Source: Fimbriosthenelais zetlandica (lineage: Eukaryota). Taken from it: 64,000 nt of DNA. The position numbers and the translations under genes are program-made. Below are positions 1 through 12,200 of the stretch, piece by piece. The stretch is from positions 17,856,001 through 17,920,000 of the forward strand of contig OZ365112.1 of assembly GCA_977030845.1 (NCBI GenBank). The letters are read 5' to 3'. The notes under the pieces are model-generated. The model was not told the origin of the DNA. It saw nothing but the letters and a program-made list of their open reading frames with translations, and made no database searches. Numbering within the stretch: position 1 is the stretch's first letter; each line of letters opens with the position of its first letter.

Positions 1-83
1 AAATCTTCAGTACTACTCTCAATGCCAGCATCTATAGATGTTATTTATTTAATTATTTTAAACTTAAGAAATAATGTCCTCAC

Positions 84-280
84 TTGTTTTGTGTTTGACT
101 ATGATATCCCATATCATCCTCCTGGCAGCTGGGTCTACCCCTGAAGTGGGCTCGTCTAGAATGATGTATTGGGAGTCACCTATGAATGCGCAGCCCACAG
201 AAACTCTCCTCCTCTGACCTCCAGACAGATGATTCACTGGTACATCCTTAAACTTTGTTAAGCCAGTCAGATCAAGCATG
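84..280 (-). CDS. ABCA exon 35 (signature LSGGQ, Walker B, D-loop)
   Basis: 197 nt, phase 2->1; donor GTGAGG at 83. Confidence 0.95.
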
Positions 281-3200
281 CTGCAGATAGACAAAACTCA
301 TTTTTATTCACTGACTTCTGAAATTGTGGACATGTCTTCTGGGTTATTTTAAATTTAGATTTGGAATAAGAACAGACATTGGATCCATATGCAAATATTA
401 TAAAAGCAGGACGAAAGAGCCGGATATGAAGGAATGAGATTGACAGATTTCGATGATCGAAATATTATTTTACTCACTCCTTGACCGCATCTGAGATGAC
501 CACCTTGCTTATATCCGCTTTCATTCGGGCGTAGAAGTCAAAATGTTCCTTGATGGTCATGCTGAAATGAACGTGAAAATAAACCATGATCACTGTAAGT
601 GTAAATCAAATGAGTCTAAATTGTCCTGCTGATCCTGCTTTCATGCTATCACTTCAGGAGGGTCATAAATATGACTATACATAATTTTTTATAACTGTCC
701 ATGTTGCTTTGCCCAACGTTCCCCTTGATTGTCTGAAATTCAAAGATTGAAGTTGATAACAGTAGAAAATACTCACTAGTCAAAGAGGACATCATGCTGC
801 GGACAATACCCCAGCGAACTCCTGATCTCATCAAAGCCATCACGTATATCCCTGCCTCCAATATAGGCTGTACCAGACGTGGGTGGTGTTAACCCAGTCA
901 ACATCTTACTGTAACATGAGGTAATCACAATTATTAATATCCACTCGTTAATCTAACCAATTATATACTCGTTAATCTAATTGTCCACTAAACATCACAG
1001 GTCTGCTGTAATTGGACATAGTTTTCCTTATGCAGATACCATAGTATTGTGAATGAAATCCCGCAAGTAAATGACAGTAACCATCAACTTACATGCAAGT
1101 ACTTTTGCCAGCTCCGTTGTGGCCAAGGAAGGCTGTGATTTGTCCCTTGAAAAAGTTGACCGTCAGGTCATCCACAGCCTTCTTCTTCCCTTCTTTGAAA
1201 CATTTTGTCAATTTGCTGAGGGTGATGCCAACAGGCAGGTTTTCAGGCTCCTTCTCCCCTGGAACTGTAAATAGAATGAGTGTGAATGTATGTTCAGGAT
1301 AACGCTTTAATGCCCATTCTGAAAACAATCAAGTGAAAAACTTCATTCAACTGTTAGAAGTAGAAAACTTCATTCAACTGTTAGAAGCAGAAAGTCCTAC
1401 ATGGTCTTCAACATGTGAAAATGGTAGGGATATTCTATACATTATAAATCATGACAACAATTATTTTAGCATATAATGTGAACTGATGTGTATGGATGCA
1501 AATTACACCTAAGTAGAATAAAATGTATTATTGTATTATAAAACAAGCACGAATACAGTACAGCAGAACTGAACTTATATTTTATAACTTTCACTCTGTC
1601 ATTTAAAATAAAGTAAAATGTATAATGTGCCAGTATTTAAGATGTACATGTATTGAAGATGGCTGTAACGATAGGAGACAACCCTCATACACAGCCATGT
1701 ATATGGGAGGTTGTTTTTTTTGTCTCAAATTTTATGTTATTACTTTATTTGATTTAATTTTCTCGATATTTATTTCTTCAAGTTGTTTTAATGGATTAGT
1801 TCTGAAACAATCTGGTACTTTAAAAGGAGGTCATTTAGATGTTCTATTTAATGTTCCGTTTATAAATCATCTTAAATATAGATGACCGGCTGCATTATAT
1901 TTATTTAAAGCTGGCGAGGCATAAAATCACTGTTCATTCATTCATTATAATCATTTAATTTAATTTAATTAACCTGATATATATTTATATTTATAAGTAC
2001 TGCAATATGGTTTATCATGACTTTCTCTTTACTCTTTCACATGCAACATATCGCTGGGAATGATCATATGTACACATTCATCATAATATGTCATATTTAC
2101 ACAAAACAAAAAGTAATCTTGATCATAGATATAGAAAGATTATATCTATGATCTTGATTCAGCATCGATCAGTCTAAAGCCTTATTAACCAAGTCAAACA
2201 AAAGATATAAATGTCCAGACACGAGAGAGCAAGCACCTCATGAAATGCTAGATTTCTAGAACTCAAAGATCAGAATATGATGCTATAGACTTGTCCTCTC
2301 AGACCGAGTCATTAGTCATGCAAAATTATTCATCAAGATTTCCTGCCAAATTATAGAGAAAAAGCTCAAAGACAAACGGAGATGTATGGCCAGCCAACTA
2401 TATTTCTGCTACAGAAAGACTAGAAAGCAAAGTCATAGTCATGTTTTGTACAGGCAGTGGAAGCAGTAGCTCCTCAAGCAGTGCGAGTTATGCCATCAGA
2501 GCACGCCTACCTGTACTTTTTACCATGAACTTCCGAGATTGTTGGATTTGATCTGATCTCCAGGGAGGGTCCTCCTCCTCTTCATCTACCACACAATCAT
2601 ATCCAATGAGCACATAACCTCAATATATGCACCTTATGATGTGAGACTATCCTTTATATTATTTTTATATTTGTAAACTCAATTTATTAAGTACTGTATA
2701 CTATTTTTATATTTAATTTTAACTTTTTAACCTTACTTTGTTTGGTTTACGATTTATATATATATATCATTCACCATGAAATAAGATATATAAATGAATC
2801 ATGGCTGCGCTGAATAGCTGGTAGGTATTAACGGGATAAGACCCTGATTTGAGCAATGTAGGTTTTATTCTACAGCATTAGTGTATTATACAAATTTGAA
2901 ACTTACTGTCATCTTCTCGTCTCCTTTTATTCTTGGATTTGTTTTCAAGTAACATGAGGTCTACGTCGTTTACCCTTCTCTTCTTTAAACCCCAGAAGTA
3001 AGGTGACACTGGGAAATACCAGGGCTGTGGAATACCATGTTCTCCTGAAGTACAAATGCAAATTATTCATTATAATATTGGAGCCCTACTGCATTTAAAT
3101 AGATGCGGTTGGAATATGGAAAACATGGTTGATTTGTCTGAGTAAAATGTCTTACCTGGGAATTTGTTGCTTACGTACCATGCTATAAGACCATAAATCA

Positions 3201-6200
3201 TGGAGTCAAAGGTAGACATGATACAAGCCCAAGCGAAGGGGAAGCTATCTCCTGTTGGTGTGAAGGCTCTTTCCCATGTTATTCCCATCCCGTTTTTCTC
3301 AGTTACTAACAACTCATTTGCTCCAAAACAGAAGGCTGATGTCACTGACAGAGACTGCAAAGTTAAACAAAAAAGTCACACCCGCTCATCTAGTCCTGTT
3401 CATTGATTAAATGTATTAAAACAACCAGAATAACCAAAATAACGAAAACTGCATTAACTATTGTACTAAACACATATTTTATGATTGTTTCAGAAAATCC
3501 TGGACCTACCATGAGGACCTTCTCCCTGAAGCCTAGCTGGAAGACTACATCCATTGAGTGGAGGATAATGAAGGGCATACAAAGGACTATGTAAACTAAG
3601 AGTCCTATGAGCGACGCCAGGTTAGTTCTGTGAACCAATGCACTTACTAAGTAACTGAAAAAGAGTAAAACATAATTACGGAACTTGAAACTCATTATGG
3701 CTTCTGTCCGAAATATACATGTGTACTACTGTATATATATATTTAAATAAATTAGGATGTCATAGGACTGGCACAGGCAGGATTTGGTTCCTACTAGCCC
3801 CCCCCCCCCCCCCCCACACACACTCAGGTAACGGTTAGATAAGGATTTCCTGGATTTTCTATACAAACTCTTAATTCTATTTATGTTATAATTTAAATTA
3901 GTAAAATCTTATTCTAGCCGTAAACATACATAGTCCTTTAATTATCATGGTTTACAGACATTGGGCTACAGTAATTGTCAGTGTTTAGTAGGACAGGTTC
4001 TGAGAACCTGTCCTCATCAAGTGTCACAGGTAAAACCTCTACCTGTGCCACATTCTGTTAATTGAACCTTCTCCACGGTTGAACTCACCAGAGCATGACG
4101 ATGGAAACGCTGTAGGTTGAGAGCCAGAGGAAGACTAGTAAAGGATCAGAGAATCTGGTTAGATTCCCACCAATGATAAGGGCTGTCACAAAGGCTGAGA
4201 GAAAGATCATCCCAAGTAGTGTGTTGACAAACCAGGCAAACCGATTAACACTTCCTCGCATTCCCATCACCAACATGGTCTGCAAATATAATAGATTAAA
4301 ATGGGTGCCTTATCATAAATTTAATATCATAAACTGATATTAAATGGAGCTCATAAATAGTTTCTGGCTGCCTCTGATAGTCTCATAGGAAGGAACCTTG
4401 CATCTTAGCTTAGTACGTACATCTTCTATGCCGTTTTCCTTTTCGGAGACTGAACTTGTTATGCCAACAGCCATCATGCACAGCCAGGAGAATAGTAGAA
4501 TAACGACAATCACAAAGCTTGACCACACCATAAAGCTGTGAAATAAATATCAAATACATGTGAGAGTGTGTGGACAAATGAGCAGAGTATCAAATTGAGG
4601 TGCTTGTTGTCTTGGAAGGAAAGGTGTGAGGGACTTACTCGTCTTGATCGTAGCATGGGTAAGGGAAAGCTTGTGTGTAGGTTTTCATTTCGTGCGTATC
4701 ATTGCCAGTCGTTAGCTTAATTACAGCACGGTCCACCAGGTCTTGAACGGCCAGGAAACCCCAGAAATATCGGAGGCTGTCCAGAAAATCATCATCAGGG
4801 GAGGATTTCTTAACCCTGAAAAAAATGATAAGAAACAGCCTTATGACTGATACCATCTTAACTCATGGGTATAGAATTAAAAGCGGAACTTGTTATTTGG
4901 AACACATAATTAACTATTTTCCTACCTGTTATAGAGACCAGAGGGCACCACTGTCTGGTCCACGCTCATTCTAATCTTGTACTCAACATGGTGTGGGATG
5001 TCTAACTCATCTGAGTATCTCCTTTTCCGGTTGGTTGGAAAATTTATGAAGTGTACACCTATAAATTATGCAAAAAGGCTTGTGAAATGACTGTTTCTGC
5101 AGGGAGATTTGCCACATTTCTTTTAATTGCCATATTAATTTGGAACCTATATAGTTTATGGTTCAATGGCCAATAAATCAGACAGCTAATTTCAGGAATG
5201 AGAACACTAAAGTTTTACCTGCTAAAAGGTTGTTTTCATTAACATATTGCCTGGCACCTTTCTCCAATTCTTCCTCGCTTTCGAATGCTATTAGTTCATA
5301 CCTGTTTCGAAATACAAAACCTTTATAAGTCTGGTATCCTAGTTAAGTTAAACCTCACCAGAGTTTCATTCAAGAAAGCAAGAATTTCTGTGTACTGAAT
5401 CAATGTCATATATTTAATGTTGCATTTACCTCAAGCACTTGATAACTTTCTTCAAGCTCCGTGCCCCTTCAGTGACCTGATCAAGTTCAGAGTCAGAGAT
5501 ACTTTCAGGATTGGGAAGTTGATCAATGAGGTCCTCACCAGTCACTCCTGCTGCTTGCTCCAAAGCCTGGCTCACAAACGGTATCTTCAAGGCCTCCTAA
5601 TAATACACAAAAACCATTAGATCACATTTCCCACTCACAGAGGCATCTTGTTACAAAAATGAGTATGAAAACCATTCCAGTTTATAACTGCCATCTAAGG
5701 GAAATCATACCGTGAGCTCGACGAAGGTGCTACTCTTGTTTCGGCTGGCACGGTCCTCGTTGTTTTTATCAAAGTTATCTGCAAACTCCACCCAAGTTTC
5801 TGTCAGTGTTTCCACGTCCTTCACAGAATCAAACAACCAGTAGGCCTAAGGAAGATGTATTTAACAGATATGAACATGACTGTTACCATGCATAACACAA
5901 TGACATGGTTAGTTGATAAGATGCAAGAACTAATTTCTCCTGTGTCTGGACATGGCTCACCTCCTTCATGATGGCTGTAGCTTCAGGGGTATTAGGGGAG
6001 TAGAGAACGCGGCCCTGTGTGAGAGGCTTGAGGAAGGTCCACAACACTGGACCTACACCAGGCAATCCATTAATCGATTTGTAAAGATCAGCACAGAATG
6101 TGTCTGGGAAGAAAACAGAGACAAATACAATTATAGAGATGACAAATCTTAAGTGTCATTGTCAAATTTGTAATTGTGGGGCATTGAAGATTCAAAGTAC

Positions 6201-9200
6201 TCATCGAAGCTTGGTTACCATTAAATTCGGCAATTTCCTTTAGTTGTGTTGGTGTCCACTGTGGTTCTGGTTCCTCTTTTTCCTCTACTACTTCTTCTTC
6301 CCCTCCCTCTCCTTCCTCATCATCTTCAGGAGGGGAGAGTAGAGCAGCGCCATATGAACCAAAGTCAAAGGCTTTCTCATCACCACAAAAATCTCTACCA
6401 ATTGAATGAATAGTCGAGCCACCTGCGAGGAAAGATTTCTTATGATTGAAACATGTAGAAAACCAGCTATCGACTTTAAAAAATCAGTATTGCCAATTTA
6501 CTGTTCCATAATTATTAAAAAAAAAAATTTTGTCAGTACTTACCGGTTGTTTCACTTCTATTACCAAGAGTACCTAGGAGTCCACTTAGTCTGTTTCCAA
6601 GACTCCCCAGATTTTTGACAATGAATGTTGTTTCTGATTTGGTTAAATTGGATGATTGGAACAAGTGTGTTGGGCTTATGTCAAGCAGCTGAAACAAAAA
6701 AAATGGGTGTTAAAATATGGTTATTTATAAGTTTTAGTTGCTGTCATTGAAGTTATTTTTCATATATCAGAACATAATGAGATTTAGTTGCTTACACTTT
6801 TCACTAGACCCCCAATATTGAGTTGTGGCACAATCACGCTTGCCAGATCCTTAAGTTTCTGTTTTTCTAAGGAACAGAGGGTTGAGGTTAATTCCGATAA
6901 GTCTTCATCAGCCACGTCATCATCAAACTTGAGGAAACCTCTGACAGTAGCTGGTCCACAAACAGCCCCATTAAACTCGACGTCCTTGATATGATAGTCC
7001 TGAAAAGTGTGAGTATTTATTATCATTAATTATCATCAGGAAATAATTAATTTTAAAATATCCGAGTGTTTTATTAGCATGATACTTATGGTCCATTTTT
7101 CATCGCAGGACTTTCTAAGCCAACTGAAGTTATTTACCAATGAAAAGTTAAGAGTAGTTTTCAGTAGATTTTCAATCACACTTGGTGAAAAGTTGCCCTT
7201 ATCTAGTAGGAAGTTTGTAATTTCGCTTGTATCCTTGGTGTTTTCCCTGACAGACACTGGAAATTGAATATGGATATTTTGAAACGAATGTCAGATTGTC
7301 TAAGTTCGTGAAAAAAGCATAGAAGTTCTCCCTTCTGAATTATAGTGGTTTAATTCCATGCCAGCTATTATGGCTATATTCATGGCAAGGGCCTTCAGAA
7401 TGGTAAATGTGTAGTATATGTGCATTTTTATGTCTTAAACTATGTAAACATTTACTATGAAATTCTAGTTAACGGTTTTATGCATAATCATGCTTACATG
7501 AGAGTGGGACACTCCTTTGGAAAATAGAGAGCTGACGAATCGCTCGACTCAATGTTGTCAAGTCGTCCGCAAAATAAGGTGGTTCTACAATTCTGTCCTG
7601 TACCAATCCTATTAGTGAGGGCACACTAGAAAGAAAATATATATGTTTTACATTTTTATATGTCATTAAAATGTAGTATTCCATGATGATCTAATTGATT
7701 GTATATATTGTTCACTACATGATGTATATAATATATCTGGTAACTAATCCTTTTATAATTATTCTTACTCATCAGAGAGCTCAGATCGTATGTCCACATC
7801 AAGGGCAGCTATGGTGTGGTAGATAAGTTTAAGGAAGACACGTGCGTCAAATTGCCGACGACCTGATGCCAGATCCATAATAGCTCCTACTCCTTCAACA
7901 ATAGAATTGAGGTCCCGGAATGTGTCAGCCCACCAGTCTCCATACATCAGATAAGATGGAACTAAGTTGCCGATCTGAAAGGTAAAGTTAATGAAATATT
8001 TTTCTGCTTTTGATTTTTTTTATAGTATTAGGTATTGCAGATATACTTGTGCTCCAAATGTCAAGTCAAACTTGACATTTGTTTGAGACTGACTGACTGA
8101 CGTAAACATCTTTCCTCTTACTTGGTTTGTAAGTAGCTTGTTAAGGTCCAGATTATCCACCAGAGACACCATACCACGGCTGTTCCTTTTGCAGAGGTCG
8201 TCCTGCACGCCCTTGATTGTATCACCTATACCATTGTCCCCGCCGCCCAGAAGTCCCTCAAAAAGTCCCACAAATGAACCCCCAGAACACAACGTGCTCG
8301 CTACCTGGTCAGTTGTTTTCCCAGATGTAAGACCAAATAACTGAAACCAAAAGAAATATAATGTCTGAGATGAGACAAAGTACTATACATGTATATTGAT
8401 AATGCCCTATCGAATTATTATGAGAAAGAAAATATACAGAGACCCAAGTTTCCCAATTACATGTATTGGTCATCTGTCAGTGCTGACTGCCAACATGGGT
8501 TTAAAGTAAATATTTTACTCTGATTTCTCCTTCGTAAATTCTCCTTGTGAGGTAAGAAATAACGGCACTTGTTCTTACCGTGGAAGTGTCTACGTTTTGA
8601 CCAAAAATCGTGTTGAGAGTGGTTCCAGCTAACTGTGTGCTTCCTAACAGTACAGTGATTATAGCTCCTGGATCCCGAAACAGGGATTTGAACTCAGCGT
8701 AGTCTGTAATTAACAATGTATACTGGAACTGAGGGACAGCCATGTACAAAAACCATAATCTTGATAAATCATTAATTAAATCTATGAACATCCACAAAGC
8801 TAAAAATTAATAATTAACTTACTGTTGTCTTTCGATATGAGAATTTGACGGGCAAGGTCGAGAGTAGCAGCCAGTGGTCGGAATTCGTCTGCTTCATAAA
8901 TGATATCATGGGCAATTTTCAGAAAATCTTGCGCCCTAAAAACAAATGTCATAAATGAGGTTGATTATCCACTTTAAAAATATCAGTTATTTTAATTTAA
9001 GGGCAAAAACTTGACTTGTAAAATGTGCTGTACATACGTGTATTCTATAGAGGTATCCGTTCTGAATCTAATTCCTTCAAATGATCGTCGGAACTTTGCA
9101 CCAATGTCACCAACTCCATCTATAATGTCCATGACTTTATCCACGGTGCTCTGGCCCAATTCTATGCCACTAGATGTGGCTGCAGTGACGTCAGCAATTA

Positions 9201-12200
9201 ATCCAAAATAGTCTCCTATACCGTTCACTTCCCGCATTCGCTCGCCATCAATCTATTTAGAAATGGAGAAAATGCTTGACTTTTTATTCGTTGTAGGATT
9301 TGGAAAATGTAATGTGTTCAATGTATTGTAGGTTATCACGAAAATGTCATACTGTATTGAAAGCAATGTGTGCAATCACCATATGCCAAACATGGCTAGT
9401 TTATATAACTTACAAAATTCCTGAGGTCTGTATAATCCAAGAAACGACTATAATCCACTAATGTGCCAACACTGTTGTCCTCATCACAAATAACAGCTTG
9501 CACCTCATCGAGGGCTTCCACATCGTCATCATTAGCGACATTAAATATCGATCTAAATCCAGGGTCTTCACAGGTCAGCTGCAGCCAGGACATCCCTAGC
9601 CTTAGAGAGTCTGATAGTTTAAGTACCTGGAAAAGAATATTGAAAGAAGATGATAGAACAGATGTTAGTATATTGTCGAAATCGAGATACAAAAGTGGAC
9701 GTTGTAATTGGTAGTTGTTAGCATCATGTGATTATAGGAGACACCATTGATCTTATCTTACCTCTCCTGGTAGCAGTTCTAGTTCCAACACTCTGTTTCT
9801 TACAGATGCACTCACATCCGAGCGAATAGAAAGCTGAAAAGCTGAACTATCCCGGTCCAGGGCATCGTCTAGTGTCACTGACAATAAAAAATATTCTGTC
9901 AGCTATATGAGACAAAATTTACGATTACTGATACAATATTATTAACATATTGAAGTCGTGATCAGAAAATTTGAAAAGTTTTGTCAAATTTCTTGACTGG
10001 ATTTATATCTTCATATAATTTTAAAATCACAGCATATGGCTAAGGCATGCTTTCGGGGATTACTAACCTCTGATATCAGAACCTCCTCTGCCTAGTTGTC
10101 TGTTGATGAACTTAATGATACCATCTACACTTTTGCCGAAAATGAGAAGTTGATCCCCATAGTCCTCATCAGCAAGTATGTCCCCGATCAGGGGAGCAAC
10201 GAGCTCCAACGTTTCCACCATCCTAGACAAATTCATAATTTTGAATATGGTCAGGTCATTATCAAAACACAGCTTCCATAAATATACAATGTATGCATAT
10301 ATAATATTGTATTCCTTGTGATCTGCATAAAATATACTGACTGGTGTGATTATAAAAATACATGTACTCACGTTCGAGAAGTCCGCCGGTCTAAGAGGAT
10401 GTCTTTGACATCGAGAAGAATATCATCGAGTTTTCCTACTGTAGGGAATTCGTCAACGAACTTTTCCAGCAGTTGTAGTTCTGTTATTGCTTCCACAAGT
10501 ATAGCAACATCATCAAAAATATCTCCAGTTGTGTATGACGTTAGTGTCTGAACACCACCCAATAACTGTAACAGGAATGAAATAATGAATGAACATATCT
10601 GGACACATTCAGTCAGTAACACACATTCAGTCAATATTTCTCCTCAAGCCTATTTCGAGGCCTATTAGAAAGAGGTTCTAATGCACATCATGGAAGACTG
10701 CTCTCACAATGCCTTACCTCATCTGTCAGATCGTCGGTCTCTAGTTGTCGTAGGAAAATGCTGGATAATTCAGGAACCAGATCATGATCCAAATTGCAAA
10801 ATTCCTTTGACATCTGGCCATATTCCTCATCTGTTGCATCGGGTATTTTAAAATGTTCTTTTAACTTGTCTTTCTCACAAAGTATACTCTTCAGATCTGT
10901 AAAGGAACCTCCTCCACCGCCACCGCCATCACCGCCCTGGAAGTTGATGGGGAAAAAATATTATAATATATGTTAAACAGTACATAACTATATAATCACC
11001 TACAGTATGTTCGTAGTTAGTGTACCAGTAGTGTTTTTGTGTATGTTTGTTTTATTTATCAGTAATTAATACTTGATTAATTTACTATTCTTTTTTTTAT
11101 TGTTAGGGTCTTTGTATCTTTTATTAAACTCGGGAGTTCTTCTTACATGTACATCTAAAATGTAGGCCTATATCTGCCAATCCTGGGTTTAATAGGAAAT
11201 TGCTCTCTATGGTGTTTTATAAGTAGAGCAGGATGTCATGCCTGGCTTAGTTACCTGACAGAACCTTAAAGCATTGGAAAATAAGCCAGGGTCAGGACCT
11301 GTGCCTGCCTACGACCCGTTACACCTTACCTAGGGAGTGTACATGCTTCTTCACTATTATTTGTAGCTCTATACCCATTTAATTGTATGAGTGAATTTGT
11401 TTCTACTAGTTTTTAATACAAATTCTATTGAAAGGAATTGGTTAAAATCAATTGTCTAATTTCTAGACTATGTATTTATACTTTTACGAATCAGACATAG
11501 GTATTTTACTGTGGATCTGAAATAAATGCGAAGATATGGATTTGAAAGAGCAGTGTACTTACATCTGAAGAAGCAGAGACCAGCTCTGCGTCAATGATTT
11601 TATTTATGAGTTCTTCTGACCCATAATTTTCTTCAAGCAGATATTGCTCGACTACGGTCTGGTTCACTAGAAACTCGCTGACTTTTTTAGGAGGACCTGT
11701 GGGTGAAAAAACACGATTAAAGCATTGGAGAATTGATATTTCTCAGTATCTGTGTAATATTTTGTATCTTCAACATTCAACTTTGTCTGATGGTTTATTT
11801 AAAATTCAAGAATTACCGAACTTCAGATATTCTTCACCTATATGAGATATATGTAAAATTGGCTCACCATTGTTCAGGTATCGTTCTACCTCAGGTTCAG
11901 AAATGGTGTCAGAGAGTTTTCCAAAAAGTGTTAATAGTTTGGGAATTAACGGAAGAAATTGGCCCGTGTCGGAATATGAACCAATATTAACAGGTTCATC
12001 TTCCTCCTCTTGTGATGACCCTCTCATCCTGTTGACCAACAGAAAGAGCATTGCATTCATTTTGCTCAAAGTAACATTCATTAAAGTTAACAGTAACATT
12101 CATTTCAGCTAACTTTAGCATTCATTTCAGCTAACATTTAATGATTAGCATTCATTTGGTGCAGTTATTTACCAGTGCAAGCCTCATGGCTTCAGATATT

